Virus record (IMG/VR): IMGVR_UViG_3300027756_000004
Reading direction: 5' to 3' (one strand)
DNA length: 64,000 nt
DNA from: a virus
Shown piece by piece: positions 31,871-42,096 of the stretch. The notes under the pieces were generated by a model. The model saw only the letters and a program-made list of their open reading frames with translations. It ran no database searches and was not told the origin of the DNA. Position 1 is the first letter of the stretch; every line of letters begins with the position of its first letter. The translations under genes and the position numbers were made by a program.

Positions 31871-32317
31871 CTAGCTGATTAAACCCAGTTTTTCATCAAA
31901 TTTTAAACGCAGACTTTCTGATATATTGTATGTAAGATAGGTGAGATCGCACTGTATTTGTATGCCACTTTCGTAGGTGTCAACAGTTACACCATTTACC
32001 TGCACTCTAGGGTCATAGTTCACTATGGTGGTCACATTATCAATAATTTGTTGTTTAATCATTTCTGTCAAGGGTTCAAACAAACTGTCCCAAATGATGG
32101 TGCCAAACTCAGGATTTTCCAGTTTTTCTCCTTGACGTATGTGAAAATGATTCAATATGTCCTGCCTAATCAATGCAACATCATACAGGTTGAAACTGGT
32201 AGCATTGGGATCCACTGTGCTGATGCCTCTGTAGGCTCTGGGTCCAGATGCCTGAGTGTAGGCTTTTTTTGACTTTAATGTGATGTCTTTGTATAATTTT
32301 TTTTCTTGTGTGCTCAT
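31871..32317 (-). CDS. Baseplate wedge subunit, T4 gp25-like
   Basis: LIRQDILNHFHIRQGEKLENPEFGTIIWDSLFEP...YDPRV. Confidence 0.9.
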   Translation of the reverse strand: MSTQEKKLYKDITLKSKKAYTQASGPRAYRGISTVDPNATSFNLYDVALIRQDILNHFHIRQGEKLENPEFGTIIWDSLFEPLTEMIKQQIIDNVTTIVNYDPRVQVNGVTVDTYESGIQIQCDLTYLTYNISESLRLKFDEKLGLIS

Positions 32318-32328
32318 ATATATATTTA

Positions 32329-32652
32329 TTATCCCTGTGGGAACGTCTTATTAGAAGCTGTGATTATTTTTGCTGAGTAAGGTGCACCATCATCTATCAG
32401 ATCACCCAGTCTAGCCACCATCTGTGCCTTGTGTCCTATGAACACTTTGCTGGTAGCAGTGATAATGTAGGCTGTATGTCCACAATCAGTTTTGATTTCA
32501 TCACCCAGTGTGGCTGCTAATCTGTTGCCATCACACACCACTTTGCTGGATCCAGTGATGATGGTGCCACCGGTGTTCAGTGGAGCCAAATGACTGGGGT
32601 GAGAGCAGGTACCTTGTGTTCTGTCTCCAATGCGTGCAATGCCTCTGGACAT
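32329..32652 (-). CDS. PAAR-like spike-tip protein (gp5.4-like)
   Basis: IARIGD, GSSKV, ATLGD..CGH, VARLGD repeats with Cys/His metal ligands. Confidence 0.85.
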   Translation of the reverse strand: MSRGIARIGDRTQGTCSHPSHLAPLNTGGTIITGSSKVVCDGNRLAATLGDEIKTDCGHTAYIITATSKVFIGHKAQMVARLGDLIDDGAPYSAKIITASNKTFPQG

Positions 32653-32656
32653 TTGT

Positions 32657-33499
32657 TTATATTCCTATTCCTGCAAGTTGTGATGTCAAATTGTTTTTCA
32701 TAGCATCTGCTGCTGATTCGATAGCTGATTGATTGGCTGTGAATTGAGTGGCTGCAGATTCAGCCATATTTTTAGCAGCATCCAACAGTCCCATCACTTG
32801 TGGTTCTAAACTGGGAATCGACTGAGTCAGCACTTGAGTTTTGATAGCATCAAAAGCAGGCACAAGGTCACTGCCCAACGAATTCAATTGATTCATAATT
32901 CCACTGCATCCTCCAGCAGAGGATGTTTGCACTGCCAAACTTAACTGAGGTATTAGAGCCTCCACAGATGCTGCCACATCTCCCACCTTGGCTGTGATGG
33001 CAGAAGTAATGCCTGCTGCTGTGGCTCCAAAACTTGTCATGGCACCTGTGATGCTGGATTGAAGACTGGCCAAAGCAGGAGGTAGGCTGGGCAAGGATGG
33101 AATACTGCCGTCCACACCAGGCAGACCTGGCACTGAAGGAAATCCTCCAGGAAGATTTTCTAAACTAGGCAATGAAGGTAAACTAGGCAATGAAGGCACG
33201 CCTTGAAATCCGCCTCCTGCAAAATATCCATCGAATGCTTTTTCAGCCTGATCTAGCAGAGGACTCAAATCATTCAATGCTCCTTTTAGAGCTCCCACAT
33301 TGCCTGCTATTTTAGGAATAGTTTCTTGAATTTTCTTTTCCGCTTCTTTGGCCAATGCAATGGCGTCTCCACCCACTGTGGCTCCCAATGTACCGCATAG
33401 GTCGCAGGCTTGACCACCCACGTTGACCAAATCTGTGGCTGCTGTGGTGGCTGCTTCTATGCTGCTGGTGATTGATGCTGGAATAGTAAAATATGGCAT
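32657..33499 (-). CDS. Ala/Ser/Gly-rich hypothetical protein with PSL repeats, between the spike and PAAR genes
   Basis: 280-aa ORF with (PSL)n tracts and a CxxC near the N-terminus. Confidence 0.7.
   Translation of the reverse strand: MPYFTIPASITSSIEAATTAATDLVNVGGQACDLCGTLGATVGGDAIALAKEAEKKIQETIPKIAGNVGALKGALNDLSPLLDQAEKAFDGYFAGGGFQGVPSLPSLPSLPSLENLPGGFPSVPGLPGVDGSIPSLPSLPPALASLQSSITGAMTSFGATAAGITSAITAKVGDVAASVEALIPQLSLAVQTSSAGGCSGIMNQLNSLGSDLVPAFDAIKTQVLTQSIPSLEPQVMGLLDAAKNMAESAATQFTANQSAIESAADAMKNNLTSQLAGIGI
33161..33196. repeat. 18-nt tandem repeat x2 encoding PSLPSL
   Basis: taaactaggcaatgaagg repeated head-to-tail. Confidence 0.85.
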
Positions 33500-33507
33500 A
33501 AAATTAT

Positions 33508-34971
33508 TTATTTTTTAAATGCGTCAGGTATGCCCGACAAGGTTGTGTTGGGTATCTGCTCAATGGTGGTCCGATCAGTGCGTGATGTTTTCACATTGTC
33601 AGGGTTCAAATTTTCATGATGTGGCCATGGTTCATGCTGAGGCACACGTTTCATGATGTTGCCACTGCTTTCACCTGGATTGGTGTGTGTGCTCAATGGA
33701 GTTGGCTCTGTCTTCACTGCTTTGTTGTTGTTGAGGTTAATTACTCCACCTGTGTCCAGATTAATATTGCCATCTGCATAATGATTGGTGCTGCCCACAG
33801 ATATGGTTTGATTGGCTGCCACTGTGATGGTTTGATTGCTGCCTACTGTGATTCTATGACTGCCCAATGTTTCTTCAGTAATACTGCTCATGGCCTTGAT
33901 GTTGACACTGCGTCCTGCTTCGATGTTGACATCTCTGTCTGCTTTGAAATTAAAGTCTGTCTGCGTGTGTATGCTCACACTGTCCTGCGCAAATATGTCC
34001 AACTTGCCGTTGGCAGTCATTTCGATCCAGGTGGTACCAGCTGCATTGCCAATGTAGATCAAATCTTCTGAATTGTGCATCAATATTTGATGTCCTGTGC
34101 GTGTTCTAATACGCACCAACTCATTGTGAGGTATGGTTTCATCTGCTGGAGTAACTATGTCTATGTTTTTATTCACATATTCTGAGGGTCCTTTTGCAGC
34201 GGAAGTCTTACGTAAAAATTTATCGTCACCATCATCCATCACAATGCTGCTGCCACCCAATCTTGAATGATATCTGCCACCTTTGCCTCGAGCATTGCCG
34301 CGTTTGTCCAATGGGCCTGGAGTGCTGACTCCAAACACACTGCTGGGTGTTTCACGTCTGGCACTGGTGGTGGTTAATCCTCTGATTTCATCTGTTAATA
34401 ATCCTTGATTTTTTAAAATATTTTTAAAATCTGTATTAATAGGCTTTAAATTTTTTGTAGCATCTATTAAATTTAAACTGTTAATCAACAATTCTTTGTT
34501 GTATTCACCCACTGGTAGTTTCTTCCCAATGTCTGTTAAATTGGTTGTGGTGTCAGTGAAAGTGGTTGCAGGTCGACCATCAGGAATCATAAAATTTTGA
34601 TTTTCTGCCTGTACACAACCAATCCAATAGCCTTTATTGATATTGCCTTCCACAAATATCACCAGCACTATGTTGCCGATGTCTGGCGGAATAAACCACA
34701 TGCCGTAGCTCTGCTGGCTACTGGCATAATCTGTATTTTTAGTCACTCCTGCATAGTTGGTCACACCGTAAAAAGGATTAAGATATTCTACCTGTACACG
34801 CTGATTAGCTTCCAATGAGTCCATGCCAGGATCCACAGATCTCAGCAACTCCACCTCCAGTGTGCCCATGTATTTGCCATCCAGGTGACTGGTGATTCTG
34901 GCTTCGTAAGGACCTGAATCCTTTATTGAGCTTTGTTTGTTGGGGCTGCTTCTGCGATCAATTGAAAACAT
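33508..34971 (-). CDS. Central spike protein, gp5/VgrG-like (OB-fold plus beta-helix, no lysozyme domain seen)
   Basis: GMWFIPPDIGNIVLVIFVEG...YWIGC; RIRTRTGHQILM; TWIEMTANG; C-terminal ITVGSNQTITV repeats. Confidence 0.85.
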   Translation of the reverse strand: MFSIDRRSSPNKQSSIKDSGPYEARITSHLDGKYMGTLEVELLRSVDPGMDSLEANQRVQVEYLNPFYGVTNYAGVTKNTDYASSQQSYGMWFIPPDIGNIVLVIFVEGNINKGYWIGCVQAENQNFMIPDGRPATTFTDTTTNLTDIGKKLPVGEYNKELLINSLNLIDATKNLKPINTDFKNILKNQGLLTDEIRGLTTTSARRETPSSVFGVSTPGPLDKRGNARGKGGRYHSRLGGSSIVMDDGDDKFLRKTSAAKGPSEYVNKNIDIVTPADETIPHNELVRIRTRTGHQILMHNSEDLIYIGNAAGTTWIEMTANGKLDIFAQDSVSIHTQTDFNFKADRDVNIEAGRSVNIKAMSSITEETLGSHRITVGSNQTITVAANQTISVGSTNHYADGNINLDTGGVINLNNNKAVKTEPTPLSTHTNPGESSGNIMKRVPQHEPWPHHENLNPDNVKTSRTDRTTIEQIPNTTLSGIPDAFKK

Positions 34972-37241
34972 TATGCTCCTGTCCCGTCAATATTTGGGGC
35001 ACCACCTTCTGTATCACCATAGATTGGCTGGCCCAAAGAAGTTGTGCTGGTGCTTTTGCCTGTGATTTCTTGATTTAGTACTCTTATTAATTTCAAATTT
35101 TGTGTAAAGGTTCCGTTTGTAAAAATATTGTCCACGAAATTTACTTTATACACTCCACTGAATTCATCTAACTGCACAAAATTTTTATTAAGATCGTTGG
35201 CTGTGCCTTTAAACACCATGTTTCCGTTGGACGTATAGTCTATGGGTGTTCTAAAATTCACCACACAATATATGCCGCTAAAAGTAGGTTCGGCACTGCC
35301 ATCTTTGTTTATAAATTTCTTTTGTCCTGTGCGTGGATCCTTGTCCACAGTTGAATAATAGTTACCCAGTCCGCTGTCAGCTAAAAAATATGGATCACCT
35401 AGCAATTCAATTGTGGTATCTACTAAACTAATGTTGCCAGTCATTATCATATCGTGGAATTCTAAATTCAGTCTTTGTTCTGTAGTAAGTTCACCCAGTG
35501 CTTCATAATTTTTTCTGCGAGGACTTGCATAGAAATTTGCAGTCAGTTTACCTGTGCCTACACCTTGTGCTGCAGCATCACCAGCCTTATCGTCTGCTGA
35601 AGTTTCTTTTTTTTCTCCTTCATTTTTTGTTTTTTTATTAGGATCTTCTTTAGAGTTGGCTTGATCGCTGGGCAACTGTTGTTGGAAACTGGCTTTGATT
35701 TGAATATCGAATTTTAATACATCTAGATTTTTACCAGTAAAAAGATAATCATATTCTTTCACTACAAACTTGTTAAAATTTTCTGTTTGAGTTTTTTTAT
35801 TAATTTTTGCAAACAATGATTCATGTACTTTGTGTTCTATCACGTCAATTACTATTAACAATGGATAGGTGCCATTTTTTTCCACAATCACTGTGTCATT
35901 TATGTAAAAAGCTCTAGGCACTATCTTGAACCATGTTTTAAAACCGTTGGCATCACTGGGTTGAATCAACCGTTGACCGTACTCACTCAGCAATATCACG
36001 TTTGTTATAATATCAGATAGAGTTGTGCCCTGTTTAAAACTTAAATTTGGAATTTGGCCTCTTACACGAAATTTTGATAGTTTTGTAAATTTATCATAGA
36101 ATGTATTATCGTCCTCGCTGCCTACATTCTTATTTTGTTGTTTGGTAAGATTTATTTTGGAGTTTCCAATATTATTCAAGCTGTCTTTGGATTGCACGTA
36201 ACTGGTGGCATTGGGGCTACTAACCACTTGTGCACCAGTGCCAATAATATTACTTCTTTGTAAGTCTGCAGTGGATGTTGCTGCTAACTCTGCATCTTGA
36301 TACGAAGTTCTTTGACTAAGTTTTTCTTGTGCTTCTTGAGTTGGAAAGTTTATTATGACGTCATTTATTTCTTCCAGCGTAGTCTTATTTTTATTTTTTG
36401 CTTTTCTATTTTTATTTAATTCGTTCTGTAATGCTATCTGCAGCATTTCTTGCACTGTCGTGCCTTCAATTTTTACATCTTTAGGTATTGTTTGTGTACT
36501 GTTCTGCAATGCAATATCACTTGTTGGGACTGCTTGAATTGTGTATCGCGCACCAGCCTGATCCGCAGTAAAATCAATATTACCAATTTTTATAGGAAAT
36601 ATGCGTTTAGTGCTGTTGCCCAAGGCATCTTTGACTGATTCAACTTTGTTGTCCAATGTGTGACCTATAAATTCAATAATCAAACACCAAGGGGCTTCTA
36701 TATAGTTTTTAAATCCTGCTTTCAATCCAGACAGTCGCAGTGTTTCGACAAATGTGCCCATACTGTATGGTTCATACACAGTAAATTCTAATTTTGTCAC
36801 ATTACTTTGTCCTTTGTCTTGAGGACCTATCATGGTGTTGATGTTGACGTCACCAATAAAATATTCACGTGCAGTTCTTGTGTTAGAAGTGCCACCATTG
36901 AAATCTAAATCATAGGGCGTGAGAAATTTTGATTGCCCAGAGCCACCACTTCTCACTATAATTATTTGAGGTGATTTTTGACGTAATCTAGCAGGAAAAT
37001 TAATCTCTTCCAAAGTAAGACATGCCAAAGTAAAAATACAGTTGAATGAATTGTACTGATGCAAAGGGTTTGGCACTTTGTTGGGAAACAATTCTCCCAC
37101 GTCCACTGTGGCTGTGTCTGACTCAAAAGTGTCTCTTTGATAAAAATTTTGACCCAATGTTTGACCCAATGCCGCAGCATCTCTTTGAGATTCTGTGGTT
37201 GGTATCACTCTAATGTTTGTTGATGCATCAGGAATTGACAT
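34971..37241 (-). CDS. Baseplate hub / tail protein (gp27/GpD-like position)
   Basis: NPLHQY, FTVYEPYSM, IELLGDPYF, SGVYKVNFVDNIFTNGTFTQNL; lies between gp53 and gp5. Confidence 0.65.
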   Translation of the reverse strand: MSIPDASTNIRVIPTTESQRDAAALGQTLGQNFYQRDTFESDTATVDVGELFPNKVPNPLHQYNSFNCIFTLACLTLEEINFPARLRQKSPQIIIVRSGGSGQSKFLTPYDLDFNGGTSNTRTAREYFIGDVNINTMIGPQDKGQSNVTKLEFTVYEPYSMGTFVETLRLSGLKAGFKNYIEAPWCLIIEFIGHTLDNKVESVKDALGNSTKRIFPIKIGNIDFTADQAGARYTIQAVPTSDIALQNSTQTIPKDVKIEGTTVQEMLQIALQNELNKNRKAKNKNKTTLEEINDVIINFPTQEAQEKLSQRTSYQDAELAATSTADLQRSNIIGTGAQVVSSPNATSYVQSKDSLNNIGNSKINLTKQQNKNVGSEDDNTFYDKFTKLSKFRVRGQIPNLSFKQGTTLSDIITNVILLSEYGQRLIQPSDANGFKTWFKIVPRAFYINDTVIVEKNGTYPLLIVIDVIEHKVHESLFAKINKKTQTENFNKFVVKEYDYLFTGKNLDVLKFDIQIKASFQQQLPSDQANSKEDPNKKTKNEGEKKETSADDKAGDAAAQGVGTGKLTANFYASPRRKNYEALGELTTEQRLNLEFHDMIMTGNISLVDTTIELLGDPYFLADSGLGNYYSTVDKDPRTGQKKFINKDGSAEPTFSGIYCVVNFRTPIDYTSNGNMVFKGTANDLNKNFVQLDEFSGVYKVNFVDNIFTNGTFTQNLKLIRVLNQEITGKSTSTTSLGQPIYGDTEGGAPNIDGTGA

Positions 37242-37242
37242 T

Positions 37243-37545
37243 TTAGATTCCTAAGGCTTGTCTCAATTTGGGTCCTTGCGGCAAATAAATTTTTATACCA
37301 GCCACTAGATCATAAATTGGATCTTTGATCACATCCATGTTTCTCTGTGCAAACACCCACCACAGTTTGGTATTTTTATACAAATCATAAGCTAATAAAT
37401 CTGGTCTGTGTGTGTATTGTGGCTCCACAGTGTACAACACATCATCTGCAGTGGCAGGAATGGGTCTGATATTGAGCAAATCTAAATATTGGTCATTTAC
37501 GGTTTGTGTGTTGGCAAAAGGACTGTGGGGTTGATACTGAGCCAT
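37243..37545 (-). CDS. Baseplate wedge subunit, gp53-like (LysM-like)
   Basis: HRPDLLAYDLY..TKLWWVFAQRN. Confidence 0.85.
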   Translation of the reverse strand: MAQYQPHSPFANTQTVNDQYLDLLNIRPIPATADDVLYTVEPQYTHRPDLLAYDLYKNTKLWWVFAQRNMDVIKDPIYDLVAGIKIYLPQGPKLRQALGI

Positions 37546-38348
37546 TAGATGAATCCTCCTTCACCCTGCACATATTTGCCATTGACAAAATTATTCATAT
37601 TGAATTGAGATATAGTAGATCTGCTGTATTGAGGTTGCAATATTATTGATATCAAACTTTCTGATGGCGCCCAAGCCAAACTTTTATATTGTCCTTCGTC
37701 TGTGTCTCCCAATGCTTCTGGAAATAATCCTGTTTGAATGTAATCGCAGTCTTTGCCCAACTCTATGTTGAAACTAGTGATAATCACAGGCACATTTTTA
37801 AAAACAAAATCACCATAGCCATTCAACAGCACCACAGGCGGTGGAGACCCTGCGTCTGAGCTGCCTTCACCATAACGCATTTTTGTTGCGCTTCTCAAAT
37901 AATGCACACATGATACCCAATATGCTGCTTCCACACTATTTTGCACATAAAAATCACCGTTGATTTGAATTTGATCCACTGTGCTGTAGTTGAATGAATT
38001 AAAAGTGTAATTGGTGTGAGCAGGATTGTTAGCAGTGTATTGAGCACTGTGAGCCATCAATATGCTGGGTGTGTAGGGAAAACACAATCCTCCGGTTTTC
38101 ATCACAGGCAGCATCAATCTGCTGTCTTTGAATGAAGTAGGAATGCTTAATTTGACTCTCCAATCTTTTTCGCCTGGTTTGGCAAGTGCTGTGGCTGTTG
38201 TTAAAGTTTTGGCATCAGGCATACCATCTTTGGGCAATGATTTGCCTCGCACATCGCTCATGTTGAACATGCTGCCGGCGGCTTTGGCTATGCCTGCGCC
38301 TGCTATGGCTCCTATTGCTGTGCCTGCTACTTTTTTTAAAAATGACAT
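37545..38348 (-). CDS. Baseplate-tail tube junction protein (gp48/gp54-like)
   Basis: FPYTPSI, GSPPPVVLLNGYG..FKNVPVIITSF; first gene of the baseplate operon. Confidence 0.65.
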   Translation of the reverse strand: MSFLKKVAGTAIGAIAGAGIAKAAGSMFNMSDVRGKSLPKDGMPDAKTLTTATALAKPGEKDWRVKLSIPTSFKDSRLMLPVMKTGGLCFPYTPSILMAHSAQYTANNPAHTNYTFNSFNYSTVDQIQINGDFYVQNSVEAAYWVSCVHYLRSATKMRYGEGSSDAGSPPPVVLLNGYGDFVFKNVPVIITSFNIELGKDCDYIQTGLFPEALGDTDEGQYKSLAWAPSESLISIILQPQYSRSTISQFNMNNFVNGKYVQGEGGFI

Positions 38349-38365
38349 ATTTGTAATATATTAAG

Positions 38366-38371
38366 TATTTA
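38366..38371 (-). promoter_or_regulatory. Late promoter (TAAATA core) for the baseplate operon
   Basis: AATAAATAC on the - strand, 17 nt upstream of ATG 38348; resembles the T4 late consensus TATAAATA. Confidence 0.7.
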
Positions 38372-38400
38372 TTGACATAATTAAGTATGTAGTTTATAAT
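38372..38400 (+). promoter_or_regulatory. Consensus sigma70 promoter for the late sigma gene
   Basis: TTGACA-17 nt-TATAAT. Confidence 0.9.
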
Positions 38401-38424
38401 GAAGGCTAATTAGAAAGGAATTCA

Positions 38425-39249
38425 ATGAAAAAAATAAACTATCTCAACAACAAAGATCTGTTGGAAGAAATACACAAATCCAAGAATAGCTATTGTTCTT
38501 ACACTAAAGATGAACACAGCCGCTATGATGCAATCATAGCTTCTTTGGAAAAAATCAATGTGCGCAGCATAGCAGAAGCCAAACGGGTTAGAGCCAAGCG
38601 GTTGGCTCAGGAAGAGTTTGAACGTCGCAAACTTACTGATCCCAAGGTCAAACTGTCCGAGTGCGAAGTGGACTATAGGAAGATACAAAAGCATGAGCTG
38701 GTATTCAGAGTCATGACCTATGAACACATACCCAACGAACCAGGACGCAAAAAAAATCCCAAAAGTTCAGCTGATAGTAAATGCAAAGTGAACTTTCCTG
38801 CATTTCAACATTGGAAGCATGATGAAAAAGGCAATCTTTCATGTGTGGGCAAAAGTCACTGGGAAGGCGGCATGCACAATGGCAAGTTCAACAAGGAAGG
38901 CGGCAAACCCACTGCCAAACTGGCCATGATGTGGATGAAACTGTGTGAACGTTATGCCACCAGAGGCAATGTGCGAGGCTACACCTACAATGACGAAATG
39001 CAAGGACAAGCTATATTGCAACTGACTCAGATTGGATTGCAATTTGATGAAAGTAAATCTAACAATCCATTTGCATACTACACAGCAGCAGTGACCAATT
39101 CTTTTGTGAGGATCATCAATATCGAAAAAAGAAATCAAAATATTAGAGATGACATTATGGAAATGAATAACATGATGCCCAGTTCCACGCGACAGAATTC
39201 AGAATCATATCAAAAATCGATGGATCGTGAATTCAAAAAGAAAATTTAA
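38425..39249 (+). CDS. Late-transcription sigma factor, T4 gp55-like
   Basis: NYLNNKDLL N-terminus; GYTYNDEMQGQA; FDESKSNNPFAYYT; AAAGGA RBS. Confidence 0.85.
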   Translation: MKKINYLNNKDLLEEIHKSKNSYCSYTKDEHSRYDAIIASLEKINVRSIAEAKRVRAKRLAQEEFERRKLTDPKVKLSECEVDYRKIQKHELVFRVMTYEHIPNEPGRKKNPKSSADSKCKVNFPAFQHWKHDEKGNLSCVGKSHWEGGMHNGKFNKEGGKPTAKLAMMWMKLCERYATRGNVRGYTYNDEMQGQAILQLTQIGLQFDESKSNNPFAYYTAAVTNSFVRIINIEKRNQNIRDDIMEMNNMMPSSTRQNSESYQKSMDREFKKKI

Positions 39250-39253
39250 ATCC

Positions 39254-39282
39254 TTGACTTTAATCAATTATTTGTTTACAAT
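39254..39282 (+). promoter_or_regulatory. sigma70-type promoter for gp47/gp46
   Basis: TTGACT-17 nt-TACAAT. Confidence 0.8.
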
Positions 39283-39305
39283 TAAGTCTTGGGAAATATT
39301 ATCTA

Positions 39306-40313
39306 ATGTTTAAAAAAGCAGCCGTCTTTACTGACATACATTTTGGTCTGAAGAGCAACAGCATGATTCACAATCAAGACTGTGAAGAGTTTGTGGATTG
39401 GTTCATTGACCAGGCCAAACAAAACAATTGTGAAACTGGTATATTCTGTGGTGACTGGCATCACAATAGAAATTCGTTGAACTTGATGACCATGGATGTC
39501 TCCATCAAATGTTTGGAAAAACTGGGTAAGGCTTTTGAAAAATTTTATTTCTTTCCTGGCAATCACGATCTGTACTACAAAGACAAGCGTGATATTCACT
39601 CAGTGGAGTTTGCAAGATTTATTCCTGGCATCACAGTGATCACACAGACCACTACCATAGATGACACAACCTTAGTGCCTTGGTTGGTGGGAGATGAATA
39701 CAAACAGATCAAAAAAATCAAAAGCAGATACATGTTTGGTCATTTTGAATTGCCGCACTTCTTAATGAATGCCATGATAGAGATGCCAGACACTGGGTTG
39801 ATACAAGCAGTGGATTTTGTGCATCCAGAATATGTGTTCACAGGACACTTCCACAAGAGACAAACAGCAAGAAACATACATTACATTGGTAATCCCATGC
39901 CGCACAACTATGCAGATGTGAATGATGATCAGCGTGGTATGATGATCATGGAACATGGTGGCACTCCCAGATACATCAATTGGTACAATTGTCCAAGATA
40001 TTTGAAAGTAAATTTAAGTCAACTACTGAATGATGCAAAGAACATTATACTGCCCAAGATGCACTTGCAAGTGACGTTGGACATAGACATCAGCTATGAA
40101 GAAGCCAGTTTTATCAAAGAAACCTTTATAAAAGATTACAACTGCAGAGAAATAGTGCTGATTCCAGGCAAGAAAGATGATGAACTCACCAGTACATTGG
40201 ATATCACACGTTTTGAATCTGTGGACGAAATAGTCAGCAAAGAGATCAATGCTATTGAATCTGACAGTTATAATAAAAATACTCTATTAGAGATTTACAG
40301 AGACCTACAATGA
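39306..40313 (+). CDS. Recombination nuclease subunit, gp47 (Mre11/SbcD-like)
   Basis: Metallophosphoesterase motifs TDIHFG, GDWHH, GNHD, GHF, GHFH. Confidence 0.93.
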   Translation: MFKKAAVFTDIHFGLKSNSMIHNQDCEEFVDWFIDQAKQNNCETGIFCGDWHHNRNSLNLMTMDVSIKCLEKLGKAFEKFYFFPGNHDLYYKDKRDIHSVEFARFIPGITVITQTTTIDDTTLVPWLVGDEYKQIKKIKSRYMFGHFELPHFLMNAMIEMPDTGLIQAVDFVHPEYVFTGHFHKRQTARNIHYIGNPMPHNYADVNDDQRGMMIMEHGGTPRYINWYNCPRYLKVNLSQLLNDAKNIILPKMHLQVTLDIDISYEEASFIKETFIKDYNCREIVLIPGKKDDELTSTLDITRFESVDEIVSKEINAIESDSYNKNTLLEIYRDLQ

Positions 40314-42088
40314 TCAAGATCAAAAGCCTCACAGTTAAAAATTTTATGAGTGTGGGCAATCAAACACAAGGCGTGAATCTAGACAAACAAAGACTCACAT
40401 TGGTGTTGGGAGAAAATTTGGATCAGGGCGGAGATGATTCTGGCAGCAGGAACGGCACAGGTAAAACCACACTGATCAATGCACTGAGTTATGGTTTATT
40501 TGGTGAAGCACTGACAAAAATACGCAGAGAGAATTTGGTCAACAAGACCAACAACAAAAACATGTTGGTCACACTAACTTTTGAAAAAGACGGTGTGAAA
40601 TATCGCATTGAAAGAGGCAGACGCCCCAACACATTGAGATACTTTATCAATGACTCGGAACAAGAGATCACTGACGAGAGTCAAGGCGACAGCAGAATGA
40701 CTCAGGCTGCTATCAATCACATGTTGGGATTATCGCATGCCATGTTCAAACACATATTGGCATTGAATACCTACACAGAGCCGTTCTTGAGCATGAGTGC
40801 CAATGATCAAAAAGACATCATAGAACAGTTGTTGGGCATCACACTGCTGAGTGAAAAAGCAGAACTGTTGAAAGATCGCATTAGAGTCAGCAAAGAAGAC
40901 ATAGCCATGGAAAATGCACGTTTGGAAGGCATTAAGATGAGCAATGAAAAGATCAAAGAAACCATTAACTCGTTGAGCAACAAGGAAAAAATTTGGAACA
41001 CACAGAAGAATTTGGATATTGAAAAATTAAATAAATCCATTAAAGAGTTAGAGTCTGTGGACATTGACAAGGAGTTGGTGGCACATCAGCTGCTGGAAGA
41101 TTGGCTCAAGATCAATAATGAATTGAAACAATTGCAAAAAGATCGCAGCAGTTTGGAAATGACACTGTTGCAGGCAGACAAAACAGTGAATAAAGTGGGC
41201 AATGATCTGGATAAACTGCATGACAAAGCCACTTGTTATGCCTGTGGTCAAGAACTGCATGATGATAAATTTTGTGAAATACAACGCAAGTTGGAAGAAG
41301 AATATGGTGAAGCAGTCAACTACAATCAAAGCATACAGGCTGAAATAGCCATAATAGATGAAGCTATCAAACTCATGGGCACACAAGACACACGTCCAGA
41401 CACATATTATGACAGCATCAAAGAAGCATATGAACACAGACAACATCTGGAAACTTACAAATCCACACTGAAAAACAAAGAAGCTGAACAGAATCCTTAT
41501 GTGGATCAGATCACAGAACTCAGCACAGAAGCACTGCAAGAACTGGACTGGAGTGAAGTAAATCGCTTGCAAACTTTAAAAGACCATCAAGAATTTTTAT
41601 TAAAATTGTTGACCAACAAGGACAGTTTTATCAGGAAGAAAATAATAGATCAAAATTTAGCATTCTTAAACAACAGGCTCACCCACTATCTCACAGCATT
41701 GGGACTGCCGCACAGTGTAATATTTAAAAATGATCTCAGTGTGCAAATCACCATGCTGGGACAGGATCTTGACTTTGACAATCTCAGCAGAGGAGAGCGT
41801 AATAGATTGATATTGGGCTTGAGCTTTGCGTTTAGAGATGTGTGGGAAAGTTTATATCAAGAGATCAATTTGCTGTTCATAGATGAATTGATTGATTCTG
41901 GATTGGACACAGCAGGTGTGGAATCATCCATTGCCATACTGAAACGCATGAGCAGGGAGCGTGGCAAGAGCATCTATCTAATCAGTCACAGAGATGAACT
42001 CATGGGTAGAGTCAACAACACACTCAAAGTGATCAAAGAAAATGGATTCACTTCCTACAGCAATTCAACTGAATTTCACGAGATATAG
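40310..42088 (+). CDS. Recombination ATPase subunit, gp46 (Rad50/SbcC-like)
   Basis: Walker A RNGTGKT, zinc hook CYAC, signature LSRGE, Walker B LLFIDE, ISH. Confidence 0.95.
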   Translation: MIKIKSLTVKNFMSVGNQTQGVNLDKQRLTLVLGENLDQGGDDSGSRNGTGKTTLINALSYGLFGEALTKIRRENLVNKTNNKNMLVTLTFEKDGVKYRIERGRRPNTLRYFINDSEQEITDESQGDSRMTQAAINHMLGLSHAMFKHILALNTYTEPFLSMSANDQKDIIEQLLGITLLSEKAELLKDRIRVSKEDIAMENARLEGIKMSNEKIKETINSLSNKEKIWNTQKNLDIEKLNKSIKELESVDIDKELVAHQLLEDWLKINNELKQLQKDRSSLEMTLLQADKTVNKVGNDLDKLHDKATCYACGQELHDDKFCEIQRKLEEEYGEAVNYNQSIQAEIAIIDEAIKLMGTQDTRPDTYYDSIKEAYEHRQHLETYKSTLKNKEAEQNPYVDQITELSTEALQELDWSEVNRLQTLKDHQEFLLKLLTNKDSFIRKKIIDQNLAFLNNRLTHYLTALGLPHSVIFKNDLSVQITMLGQDLDFDNLSRGERNRLILGLSFAFRDVWESLYQEINLLFIDELIDSGLDTAGVESSIAILKRMSRERGKSIYLISHRDELMGRVNNTLKVIKENGFTSYSNSTEFHEI

Positions 42089-42096
42089 GAGCACAC

